From: Blepharisma stoltei ATCC 30299
Taxonomy: Eukaryota; Protista; Ciliophora
Direction of reading: 5' to 3'
DNA: 64,000 nucleotides
Assembly: GCA_965603825.1 (NCBI GenBank)
Contig: CBFDEM010000020.1
Coordinates: forward strand, 434,001 to 498,000
The position numbers were made by a program, and so were the translations under genes. Below, piece after piece: positions 10,090 to 21,807 of this stretch (position 1 is the first letter of the stretch; each line of letters begins with the position of its first letter). Below the pieces are notes generated by a model. It was not told where the DNA came from, did not search any database, and saw only the letters and a list, made by a program, of their open reading frames with translations.

Positions 10090-11001
10090 ATGTCAAAACT
10101 CTGTATTGCATTGTCTTTCATATTACTTTTTATCAATGCAAATTCATTTAAAGACCTAGAATACGAACAATCGATTTTTCATTCAAGAAATTTCTTACAG
10201 CTTAAACAAGACACTCAAGAAGGAGAATCTAGCCAATCAACTGAAGATGCCACCAGCTCATCAGATGGAAGTTCAACTTATGAAGAAGCTACAGACATAG
10301 AAGGCAGCGACATAACCTATTCTAACTCAGAAGAAGCCAACAGCTCAGACGAAGATGAAGTGTCAAGTGACGGTGATGAATCTGATTTAGAAAAGGAGCT
10401 AGGAGATGTAGAAGAGCTGTATGATGAATATTATTCTGATGCATTGGATGGGACTACTACTGTAACTGTTGAGGACTGTGATGAACGAATTAAAGAACTT
10501 GAAGAACTTCGAGATGAAATGGATGACGACGATGTGGTTACCATTGGTGGAGAAAGCTATACAAAATCTGATATAGACGAACTTATCGAGGAAAACTATG
10601 AGTTGAGAGAAACTCTGGAAGATGAGGATGCGTATGCTCTTTATGAGTATGGAGAAGTTACTTATGTTTCTGAAGAAGAATCAACAGAAGAAACTGAAGA
10701 AGAAGCTGGTCAATATAGCCAATCAGAAGAGGAAGAAGAAGAAAAATATGACGAAGATGAGGATATCACAGTAGTGCAAGTAGAAGATACTTCAAATGAC
10801 GTCAGTGAATACCAAACGCAAGTTATTATGGAAGGAAATGAAGGAGAGCCCTCATATGAAAAAACTGGTGATGAGTACGTTGAAGATATAACAAGTGATG
10901 AAGATTATGATGAAAGCATTGAAACTGTTTCTACTGATAGAAGCGATGAAAATATAAATAGCAATCAAGTGGTACTGGAAGATGTCACTCTTGATAGCTA
11001 G
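10090..11001 (+). CDS. Secreted, highly acidic (E/D/S/T/Y-rich) protein
   Basis: Hydrophobic signal peptide MSKLCIALSFILLFINANS, then NFLQ, then a long Glu/Asp-rich low-complexity body. Confidence 0.8.
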   Translation: MSKLCIALSFILLFINANSFKDLEYEQSIFHSRNFLQLKQDTQEGESSQSTEDATSSSDGSSTYEEATDIEGSDITYSNSEEANSSDEDEVSSDGDESDLEKELGDVEELYDEYYSDALDGTTTVTVEDCDERIKELEELRDEMDDDDVVTIGGESYTKSDIDELIEENYELRETLEDEDAYALYEYGEVTYVSEEESTEETEEEAGQYSQSEEEEEEKYDEDEDITVVQVEDTSNDVSEYQTQVIMEGNEGEPSYEKTGDEYVEDITSDEDYDESIETVSTDRSDENINSNQVVLEDVTLDS

Positions 11002-11252
11002 TTTTCCTTCAAATCAATTAATTACGACTTTAAAAAATAGCATTTTTGAATATTTCTAAGAAATTATATGCTCTTGCATAAATTATTGGGCAAAATTGCT
11101 TGATTCTCAACTTATTTTGAATGGATACTTGATTTTATTTTGAATTTCTTAATTATTTATAAACATCATTTTTAAATTACCTCTAAATTATCAACTATGC
11201 CATTTTATCCCAATTTTAAGCTTACAAGCCACGTAAGAAATGCTTATAAAAA

Positions 11253-14200
11253 ATGTTCAATAGGTGGCTTTCTACCATCGCGCCTGCCGATAACGATAAA
11301 CCTAAAGACAAGAAAAAAGACAGCCGTAGTGACGAAAAGAACAAGACCCCTGACGAATATATAAAAGAACAAATACAAATTCTTGAAAAACGATGTGAGC
11401 AATACAAACAAATTTTACAAGCTAAAGAAATGGAATCATATGACGATAAGTCAAGAATCAAGGAATTCAATGAAATAATCAGCCAAAACTTGAACAGAAT
11501 CCAAGAGCTTGAAGAAGAATGCAAAAATTATATCAAGTTTAGAGTTATAATAGGCGAAGAAGAATGCGAAAAAGCATCTTTATTACTTGATGATAAGCAA
11601 GAAGAACTGGAAAATGAAAAAATGTTACATCAGCAAGATATAGAGAAATTTGAACATAAAATGGAGGAACAAAGCAAAATAATGGAACAAGAAAAAGAAA
11701 ATTATGAGAAATTAATGAAAGAGCTGAAAGAAAAATTATCAGAAGAACGGGCTAAGAAATTAGAGCTAGAAGAGCAGCTTGATTTGAAAAATAAAAATAT
11801 AACTAATTTAGAAGAGGAAATACTTGAATGAAAAGAACAATTAAAATCAAAAGAAAAAGAAAATAGTGAGCTTACAATAAAGCTGCAAAGTTTGAATTCA
11901 GAGTTTTCTAGCAGCATTAAAGATTTAGCAAAAATAAATGAGCAGATCTGTTTGCAACTAGGTATGGCTAACCCAAATTTTTCTGATAATATCAAATTTT
12001 CTGACATGCAAAACTCTTTAAATGGCCTGAACAAATTTTTAAACGATTCTATAAAAGAAATGAGTGCTCAAGTAATTGCAGCACTCAGGGTATATGGAAA
12101 TGAAAACCAAAATAAGCCAATACTAGCAATTTCAGATCTAAAAAATAGCATAAATTTGTATAGTGAGTTATCAATTAACAGCCAGGAAAAGATTAAATCA
12201 TTAGATGAAAAAGTTGAGAAAGCTGCTAAGGACAAAGAAAAGGTTGAGGGGCTACTCCTAAAAGCTAAAGGTGTTTTGGATAAAAAAAATAACAATATAA
12301 AATCTTTACAAAGCGAAATTGAGCGAATGAAAAATGAAATAAAAGAAATCTCAGATTTGAGGGAATCAAATAAAAATCTTGCAGAACAAGTTAATCAGAT
12401 CAGAAGTGAGAAAGCTCAACTAGAAGAAAAACTCAAAGAAATCTCAGAAACTAATTTGGTTTTATCAACAAATTTGAAGTCAGTAAAAGAGAATTTTTTG
12501 TCAATGGTCAGAAAAGAAGAAGCAATCAACGTAAATACTGCAAAGCTAGAAGAATCTGTTAAACATTATCAAGCTAAATGTGAAAATTTAGAAAAAGAAT
12601 TAAAAAATTTCGAGGTTTCTAAAATAAAAGAAATTTCTGAGAAAGAAGCCAAAATTTCTGATCTTGAAACTTCTATTAAAAATTTAACCAGCGTAAAAGA
12701 TCTGCAAGCCGCAGAAATTTCTAATCTCGAACAAAATGTGCTTGATACCATTAAGCAGTATTCTGAGGAAATTAGCTCTAAAAGTACTGTAGTATGTGAG
12801 CTAGAAGAAAAATTGAAAAATTATCTAGAGAACGAGGCTAAATTGAAAGAAAATATTGGAAGTTTAATAAATGAAAATAATGACTTAAAAAACTCAAGCA
12901 CTGAAATAAAGGAAAAGCAAGAAGAATTTAATCAAAAGAATGATTTAATTAAAAATTTGGAAGAATCAGTAGCGGAAAAAACAAAGAAAATTAATGACCT
13001 GGAAGAAGTAGTTCAAAAGCAAATGGAAGAGATATCAAATTTTGAAAAGATTGTAGAAGAGAATAATGCAAATAAAAAAGAAATAGAAATTGTGATAGAA
13101 GAATATGAAGAAAATAGGAAAAGAGATTTATTAAAGATTAAAGATTTAGAGCATAATATTTCAGATCTTGAAAAAAAAATCAATGATTTGGAAAATAATT
13201 TGCTTGAAAAATCAAATTTAATTGAAAATTTAAAAAACTCAGATTTGAATTTGACAAGCTTGCAGGAATTATATAATAATGAAATAACAAAAAACAAAGA
13301 AATAGAGTCTGATTTAGAAAAAAAGAAAGTTGAACTAAAGCAATTAGTATTGAAAATTGATGAAATTGAAAGAAGTTATCAGCAATTAGTCAAAGCAAAG
13401 GATGATGAGCTTGAAATTCAAGCTATAAAAGTAAAAAATCTTGAAGAGAGCTTCAAAAGCTTACAAAATGAAAGTAACGAGAATAAAATCATCATTCAAT
13501 CTCTTTCTGAAAATTCAAAGGCTCTCGAAAATAAACTTCAAAGCCAATTTGAAAATCATCAAAATCTAGAAAATAATTTAGAAATCTTACAAAACGAAAA
13601 TAAAGAAAAAATGCTCATTATTGAAACTTTAACTTCTAGCTCAAAAAATCTTGAAGATCAAGTAGAGGCTGCAAAAAATGAATATCTTTCTCATATAAAT
13701 GATTTAAATATATCATACAATGAAAAAATCAAACTAATTGAAAATTCAAAATCTGAACTCTCTTTGAAAAACCAAGAGCTCGAAAATGAAAACAAGCTGT
13801 TAAAAGAAAAAATTCAAAACTTAGAGTTTATAAAAGATGATTTTGAAATAAAATATCAACAATTAGATGAAATTTGCAAGTCAAAATGCGGAGAAATAGA
13901 GAATTTCAAAAAAATGATGGAAAATAAAGAGTTATCAAAAGATGAACTAATAACAAATTATAAAGAATTAACTGAAAAGCTTGGGAAGGCGACTCAAAAA
14001 ATCAATAATTTAAAAGATGATTTGAGGAAAACACAGGACTTAAAAAATGAAATATTGACACAGAGTGAAGAATTAAAAGAGAAGCTCAGCAAACAGCTAG
14101 AAGATTTGGAAAACCTTAAAATTAATGAGAAGAATATGGAATCATTAATATCTGATTTGAAAGAAAAGAACGCCAAAAAGATTGATGAAGTCAGAAATTT

Positions 14201-15290
14201 AAATACTTTAATTGAGAATATGTCAGAAAAATTACTTTTAAATGAAGAAGATAGATACTCATTAAAGCACGAGCTTGAAGTAGTTAATGCCGACCTTTTA
14301 GAAACTAAAAAAGTCCTTCAAGTGGAAATTGAGAAATCGTCAGAATTGAAAAATCAAATTGATTTAGAAGTTAACAAAAAGAATGAAATGAAGTTGCGAA
14401 TTGATTCTTTGGAAGAATCGCAGCTAAAGAATGACAACTCCAAAGACCTGCAAACAAGTGAGCTTCAAGAGCAGCTATTAAACTCTAAGCAAGAAATATC
14501 TGAAATAAAAGAGCAACAATCAAAAGATCAGAAAATCATCCAGCAGCTAAAGAACTTAATTGATTCCCAATCTGAAGAAATTAATGAGCTATCCCAAAGC
14601 AAATTAAATATGGAATTATCATATTCAAATATTATAAATAACCTTGAAGAAAAAAATGAAAATTTAGAAAACGAACTTTATACATTAAAGGAATTATCTA
14701 TCAAAGACAAAAAAATGCTAAAAGAATTAGAGACTTCACTCGATGCTACACAAGCAAAATTGTCCGCCTTAAATCAAACTCAAGAAAACGATAAGAAATA
14801 TTCTGAGCTTGAAGAAAAATTCATTAAGCAAAACAAAACAATAGAACACTTGAGAGCTACAAACAGCAACCTTAATGAAGAAATTGAGGATGTATATTTA
14901 AAACTTAAGGAATATAAAGAAAGTGTTCATAAACTTGAAGCAAAGAACACAGAATTAAATAGTATGCTAGAGAAACAAAATCATGATATGATAATAAAAA
15001 CAGATAAAAATAATATTTTCGGAATAATTCAGGAAGAGGAAACGAAAGGCTTTGATGAGGAGACAGAATACATACCTAGAAAAGAAATAGGAAATATGGT
15101 GGATAAGCGAGTGGTAAGTCAAGCATTAGTTAGGTATTTGAATTATCAAACTCCAGATGATATTAAACGACACCTACTAAAGGCACTTGCAGGAATGCTT
15201 GAGCTTAATGATGAGCAGAAGCAAGCTATTGGGCTGATTCAAGGAGGAGGATTACTATCTAAATTCACAAGCTATATATATGGACCTTAA
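11253..15290 (+). CDS. Golgin-like long coiled-coil protein with C-terminal GRAB-like domain (GMAP-210/Rud3 type)
   Basis: Two ORFs joined through TGA at 11829-11831. About 1300 aa of heptads ending VDKRVVSQALVRYL...LLKALAGMLELNDEQKQAIGL, which resembles a GRAB/GRIP-type domain. Confidence 0.75.
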
Positions 15291-15421
15291 TTTACAAACA
15301 TACTAGTTGAATAGTTATTAATTGACTAATGGTAAAGTTATTTTTTTAAAAAATTATCAAAACTAAATTTATTCATTTTCCTATATTTTATTGCTTTAAA
15401 TAGAATTAAATAATTGAAAAA

Positions 15422-16330
15422 TTAATTACTCGTTGCTGCATCTCTCAATAGTGCCAAAGGTCCAATTTTTCTTAAAAATCCCAATTCTTCATCATTATTG
15501 ACAAGCATAAATCCCATATATGCCATAGAGTTCAAGTCAAACCTATTAAAGCTTCTTTCTTTTTCTCTTGGCACCACAAGCATCCATCTTCTTGTCAGCA
15601 CCAAATTATAAGAATGCGAAGGACCCAATAGACTCATCAATTTCTTATAAATTCCATACAAATACTCAGATGTTGGGCTATTTGAAAATCCGTGATAAAA
15701 GTGTCTGAAATTGAAGCATGGGATTGAAAAAGGCCTTTCACTTCAATTTTCTTCGATAATTTTTCCAAGCGGGAAGCTTGATATGCTTGACCATGGGATG
15801 ACTTGTATGTGTTTATGTTCTTGGCTATATCCAGAAGCAGGGCCTGAATTAAAAAATGCGAAAGCGTCCAATTCCTTGCATACGTCATAGGCTACGGATA
15901 AGTCATTCGCAGATAAAGGCTCTGCCTGCTTTTCAAATTGATATGTAACTATCAGAACATGGTTATTTACGACAGGGAATTTATTAAAAAGTAGTCTATA
16001 GCTTTGTCCAATATTTTTTATATGAATTCCCTCCTCAAAAGGATAAAGAAAAGGATTTGTTTTTTGCGAATTTCTCAGTGGTTTTTTATGCTCTTCAAGC
16101 TTTACCGAAATAATAAACTGTATGTCATTATCAATTACTTTTTCTTCCCTTACCCTTAGCTTAATCACAGATGGCGGATTAGCAGAAGCAATGATTTCTC
16201 TTAATTTACTCCCTGACCTTCTCTTCACAATTTTCTTCACAGCCACATAGCCAGCTGCAGTAATACTAATTGAAGCTAATGCAACTAAAATATGATACTT
16301 CCACTTACGAAAACTATCTAAAAAGTCCAT
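15422..16330 (-). CDS. ATP adenylyltransferase / Ap4A phosphorylase (Apa1/Apa2-like) with N-terminal hydrophobic anchor
   Basis: NPFL, LLFNKFPVVNNHVLIVT, FFNSGPASGYSQEHKHIQ (HxHxQ) and SYNLVLTRRWMLVVPR. ORFs joined through TGA at 15743-15745. Confidence 0.88.
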
Positions 16331-16359
16331 TTATTAGAATGGATTACTATCCATTTAAC

Positions 16360-17454
16360 TTAATCCCACAGAGAGTGGATATGGAGCTTGAAATCTTGAA
16401 TTAGCTTAGGGTGCCAATATTTCTTATCAAGACAAAGCCTGAAGTTTTCCATCGTGCTCATATCAGTCAGAGTCACCCAAGTCCTATCATTTACATTGTC
16501 AAGCCCAGTTCCTGGGGTTGGTGGGAGAACTTGTAGGTGGGTGACTTCATGGGCTACTTCGATTTCCTGTGAGAAAAATGCTCCTTTTCTTTGGCTAATA
16601 AATAAAATATCTTTTTCTGCGTTAAATTGCATCTTTGTGACAACACCATCGGCAAGTGCATGGAAAAGATAAGTATATCCAAGAGCCATAAGTGGAATAA
16701 GAGGTACCACAAAGGCAGTTACAGCAATAGACCCAGTTGATTGCCAAGGGGAATCGAATAGTACAGTTTGTTGGAGGAAGTTTTGATTTACATTCAAATG
16801 GTCGCTTCTTATATCCATAAATTCATTACCAACTGGATATATAAATCTGCCACTCCATATGCCATGCCACATGTTAAAGCCGATATAAAAGAAGCTTGAC
16901 CAGCCAATTTGTCTCGTAAGGGCAGCACCTTGTCCAGCGTCTTTATTTTCATATAAAATATCACCTTTTTCGAAATTTACATCTGGATCAGGCTCTCTTT
17001 GAGGCTCTTGGACGAAATGTGACTTGAAATTCGGGTTATTTAAGTCTGTTTCTACTTGTGCCCATTTTAATAATTGGTCATTGCCGGTCTCTATATGTTT
17101 TCTATAATTTCCAAGTCTTTCAGCTAAATGAGGGTATTTATCTTCACTAGGAACAGCTTGGCCATACCATGGATAGGCTGGGAAGCGTCCAGCTCTTCCA
17201 TACTTGTTGGGGAGATTTCTGATTCTGATTTCTTCAGGTTTTCCGGCTTCTCTTAAAGCTTCAATTTTAGCGACACTTGAATCAAGTTCGGCTAATCGTT
17301 CATCAAGGGTCTTTTGACGTTCTATTTGAGGTTCTGTTTGCTCTGATGGAGCAACCTTGTGAAGGACTTTCGCAATTTTTGTATCTAGTTCTTCAGCAGC
17401 GCTGGCAGCTGCAGGGCTTGTGAAAGCTCGCCATAATGATCTTCGAGCCAACAT
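16360..17454 (-). CDS. Probable mitochondrial membrane protein (two TM segments; possibly TMEM70/186/223-like C-terminus)
   Basis: Presequence MLARRSLWRAFTS and two hydrophobic segments followed by a beta-rich tail (VVTKMQFNAEKDILFIS). The family call is tentative. Confidence 0.6.
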   Translation of the reverse strand: MLARRSLWRAFTSPAAASAAEELDTKIAKVLHKVAPSEQTEPQIERQKTLDERLAELDSSVAKIEALREAGKPEEIRIRNLPNKYGRAGRFPAYPWYGQAVPSEDKYPHLAERLGNYRKHIETGNDQLLKWAQVETDLNNPNFKSHFVQEPQREPDPDVNFEKGDILYENKDAGQGAALTRQIGWSSFFYIGFNMWHGIWSGRFIYPVGNEFMDIRSDHLNVNQNFLQQTVLFDSPWQSTGSIAVTAFVVPLIPLMALGYTYLFHALADGVVTKMQFNAEKDILFISQRKGAFFSQEIEVAHEVTHLQVLPPTPGTGLDNVNDRTWVTLTDMSTMENFRLCLDKKYWHPKLIQDFKLHIHSLWD

Positions 17455-17619
17455 TATTTATTTGCAATGACATTTAATTGGATATCAAAAATATGGATGT
17501 CGAATAAAATTATATGTTTATAAAAGACTCGTATTTTATTGCAGATAGACCGTTTTCAGTAATTATTTAAATTCATATGGTATTAATATTTTATTGCACA
17601 ATTTAAAACGCTGAAGAAT

Positions 17620-18348
17620 ATGGACAACAGAGTTTCAGAGAGAGTGGAGAATATTGTAAACTTAGATGATAGAAGCATGCTTGATGAAGAAAATAAATTT
17701 TATTATGACCTCGAGCCTATGGATATAAGCGAACCTTATACTAGCAGCATTACTGATTCGACAGATCATTATTCTTCGAATATAGAATATCATAGCGAAA
17801 ACCACGATTTATTAGAAGATATTTTTGTTTCAGATCAAAAAGAAAGACGTAAAAGAGGCAGAAGACCGATTAGACCTCAAGACCCAATCAGAAAGAAAAC
17901 CGAGGAAAAAGATAAGTATTGACTTAGAGCGTTTAGAAGTTATACGTATCAAAACTACAATGATATTATAAAAGGATTAAGCAAATCAGACGCAGATTTT
18001 TGGCAGTTTTATATGAGCCCAGATGGAAAGCCTGGAAAGGGTCATAAATTTCTATCATATGGGAAAATTTATAAAACATTTTTATTTTCCCATACAACTT
18101 TTAGGAGCGCTTTTAAGAACTGATTTGAGCAGTATGGAGACGAATTGTTGAAAAAGAAATATGAGCCTGGCAGTGATAAATGGTTTGTATTTTACGATTA
18201 TGCGAGTAAAGATCTGTGCTATTATGATATGCCGCAGCCTATCCCTGAATCTCCGCCCTCACCGCTTGTATGCATGACTCTAGACGATGTTGTACCGCCT
18301 GAAGAATTTTTACTTGAGTTCAGTGAGCACACTGATACTGCATTATAA
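17620..18348 (+). CDS. Hypothetical nuclear protein with basic AT-hook-like motif
   Basis: Continuous through TGA at 17920 and 18121: ...RRKRGRRPIRP...EEKDKYWLRAFRSY...FWQFYMSPDGKPGKGHKFLSYG...FKNWF... Confidence 0.8.
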
Positions 18349-18728
18349 GAATCTTATAGATTTACGATATTAGTTTCAAATAAAGTGAATAATCATTCAT
18401 TTCTTTTTAAATTAAGTTCTCCTCTTAATAGAGGTTTCAATTGTCCGCATTTTATTTATAAATTTCTTCTAATTTATTCTCCTATTTTATCCTTTTATAA
18501 TAATTAATATTTAGGTTTAGTAATTGAAATAAAAAATAATTTCAAGCAAATTCTCTTTGAAATAAATTTATTTATTGGCTCATTCAATGCCATAGTGCCT
18601 TTGTGACCCTAAAATATTGTCTTGAAGAGCAAAAATGATTAATAAAGCTGCTTACGCTTTTTTATTAATTGAGAGGCCAAATATAATAATTCAGTGAAAT
18701 TTTGTTAGTTTTAGGTGATGTATAAAAT

Positions 18729-18962
18729 ATGGGATCCTGCATATCTTCTAATCATAGGATACTGAACGATAAGCAGATTGCTGGAATTGGATTAAAGCAC
18801 CATGAAAAGAAAGTTGCAATTTACAAAATGTACAAAGAGAAGGCAAAGCAGGCACCTATATTAAAATTACACATAAATCCATTATATGTGAAAAGGATTT
18901 CCAATGATGTGTCAAGCAAGATTGGAACAAGCATTTCTACAACTCATATCGAAGAAGATTAA
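18729..18962 (+). CDS. Small protein with predicted N-myristoylation/palmitoylation signal
   Basis: 77-aa ORF beginning MGSCIS (Gly2, Cys4, Ser6). Confidence 0.65.
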   Translation: MGSCISSNHRILNDKQIAGIGLKHHEKKVAIYKMYKEKAKQAPILKLHINPLYVKRISNDVSSKIGTSISTTHIEED

Positions 18963-19245
18963 GCTGCATGCATATATTAAAGGATTTTAACGAATTTTGT
19001 TTTATTTATGTCTAAGCAGATAATAGCCTTGCATATTCATATTTCCTCATTTAGATACTCCATTTTTCTAAGATTTAATTATCTGAGCCAAAGAGCTATT
19101 AAACTGGTTTTTTTATCTAATAAATTGTTATAATATTTGATTATGTTTTTGCTTTTTTCAATTAAAACCTCTGTTAAATTTATTCGAAAGAATTCAAATA
19201 GTTACCTGAAATAAAAAGATCCTTTTTTAATCGAAGTTATTATAA

Positions 19246-21723
19246 ATGTCTAAGGCAAGAGTTCAGATTTTACCTGTTGGACATAGGGTAATATTTCCTG
19301 GAACAACAGTTCGACTAGCAATATCAAATTTATCTGACTGTAACATATATTAAGATCCCAAAGGCAAAAAAATTACAATAATTGGAATTCTGCCACATGA
19401 GGAATCGAATAATAAAAAATTTTACAATTACGGAACTCTAATGGGAATAGTCTATGATCATCCTATAGCCAAAAGTAATGAATATTCAGAAGAGAATTCT
19501 CAAAGTAACTTTTTTAACAATCCAATGTCCTCATTTTCTAGGAAAGATTCTCACATATTTGCAATAGGAGTAGAGAGATATAAAGTCCTATCAATGTCGG
19601 AAGAAGGAAAAACCATATGGGCAAGTATACAACTAGAAAAAGACACTAGTACGGAAGTTTCTGAAACACTTATTGAAGATTTGCGGAAAAGCGGAATTCA
19701 CTATATTCAGCATGTCAGGATGGCTGATCCAGTTTCAAGGGAGTAAAACGTATTTAGACGAATTAAGCGCATCCAGGATGAAAAAAACATTTCAAACCTG
19801 GGATTTTATATTGCAGGCCTTCTAGAAATTTCAACTGCTGAAAAGCAAGCAATTTTAGAAAATTTCAATTTGGAGGATAGGACAAACCAAATAATTGCAC
19901 ATGCACTGAATACGACTGCAGAAGATCAAATTCACGATGAAATAAATAAAAAAGTTCAAAAAATTCTGCAAGAGCAATTAAAAAAAACCCCGAAACCAAG
20001 TGGGTTACCAGATATGTCTGAATTTCAAAGGATGCTTGGAACTAAACCTTCTGGTACTGACTCAAATGATTTTATTGTAAAATTTCAAGAAAAATTGAAT
20101 GCTCTTCAAATGCCAGAGAGTAGCAAAAAATATGTTCAAGGAGAGTTAAATAGGCTAAAAGCTCTTCAGCCCACAAACTCAGAGTACAATATGATTAGAA
20201 ATTATATAGAAACAGCTGTAGAATTGCCATGAAACACTTCAAGCCAAGATAAAAATGATATTGACCAAGCACAATCTCAGCTGGATAATGATCACTTTGG
20301 ATTAGAAAAAATCAAAAAAAGAATTATTGAGTATTTAGCAGTCCGTGGGCTAAAAGGAGATATGAAAGGGTCAATTTTATGCTTTACAGGACCTCCTGGA
20401 GTAGGTAAAACATCCCTTGGAAAATCAATAGCCGATGCAATGGGTAGAAAGTTCTACAGAATTGCATTAGGAGGTGTCAGGGACGAAGCTGAAATCAGAG
20501 GCCATCGCCGCACATATATAGGATCAATGCCAGGAGTGTTTATTCATGCGCTTAAAACTTGCGGTACCAATAACCCTGTAATTCTTCTTGATGAAATAGA
20601 TAAAGTCGGTAAAGACATGGCAAGGGGTGACCCAGCATCAGCACTTCTAGAAGTTTTAGACCCGTCACAAAATCACACATTTACTGATCATTATATGTCG
20701 ATTCCTTTTGATTTATCTAATATTCTTTTTCTTGCCACATCGAACGTTATAGAAACAATCCCAGCACCCCTTCGTGACCGTATGGAAGTTATTGAGCTAA
20801 CTGGATATAGCACTCATGAAAAACTTCAAATTGCGAAGAGGTTTTTAGTGGCCAAGCAAGTCAATGAAAACGGAATAAAATTTGAGCTTATTGATTTTCC
20901 AGACGAGAGCTTGAATAAAATCATTTTGGAGTACACAAGAGAAGCTGGGGTAAGGCAGCTGGAAAGGAGTATTGGAGCTATATGCAGAGGGATTGCAGTA
21001 GAATATTCAAAAGCGCTTAAATCTGGAAATGATTATCAGAAGAAAATTATAACAAATGAAGTAGTGGAAGAAATTTTGGGAATTCCGATATTTGATAATG
21101 ATTTAGAAGAACGCTTGAAATCACCTGGTGTAGCAATAGGAATGGCATGAACTGCTTATGGAGGAAAAATCATGATAGTCGAAACATCAAAATCATATGG
21201 GTCAGGGAAGCTTAGGATTACAGGACAGTTAGGAGATGTGATGAAGGAGTCAATAATTACTGCTATCAGTTGAATTAAATCAAAATTCCCAAGTTTAGTG
21301 AAACATGATAAAAATCAAAATTCTAGCGAAGGGTTTAGTCAATTAGATATTCACATACATTTTCCAGCTGCAGCTGTGCCAAAAGACGGGCCTTCTGCTG
21401 GAATCACTATTACAACAGCCCTTATCAGCTTATTAACTGGGATAAAAGTGAGAAGTGATACTAGCATGACTGGAGAGATTTCTTTAAAAGGGAATGTACT
21501 ACCTATAGGAGGACTGAAAGAAAAAGTCCTTGGAGCGCATAGAATGGGGATTAAGAGGATCATTATACCAGAAAGGAATAAAAAAGATATTCAGGATATA
21601 CCTGATTATGTAAAAAGTGAGTTAGAATTCATATGTGTCAGAAAAATTGAAGAAGTATTGGCACAAGCACTTGAGGACAAAACAATCCTTGCGAAGATGG
21701 AGGTAGATAACCCCAAGTTATAG
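19246..21723 (+). CDS. LONP2: Lon protease, peroxisomal type (LONP2-like)
   Basis: N-domain RVIFPG; Walker A GPPGVGKTS; LDEIDK; GDPASALLEVLDP; catalytic PKDGPSAG and GGLKEK. C-terminal PKL (PTS1-like) and no mitochondrial presequence. TGA=W in ELPW, GMAW and ISW. 15-nt introns at 19340-19354 and 19743-19757. Confidence 0.92.
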
Positions 21724-21807
21724 ATAATATATTCAATGCATTTTATAGATATTCTAGACTATGTACATATTTTATTGCTATAATTTCAAATACAAATAAT
21801 AAAAGAC

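Noticed and set aside
11253-15290. Repetitive A-rich sequence as a tandem repeat or satellite
   Set aside because: Explained by Lys/Glu/Asn-rich coiled-coil coding; no repeated DNA unit.
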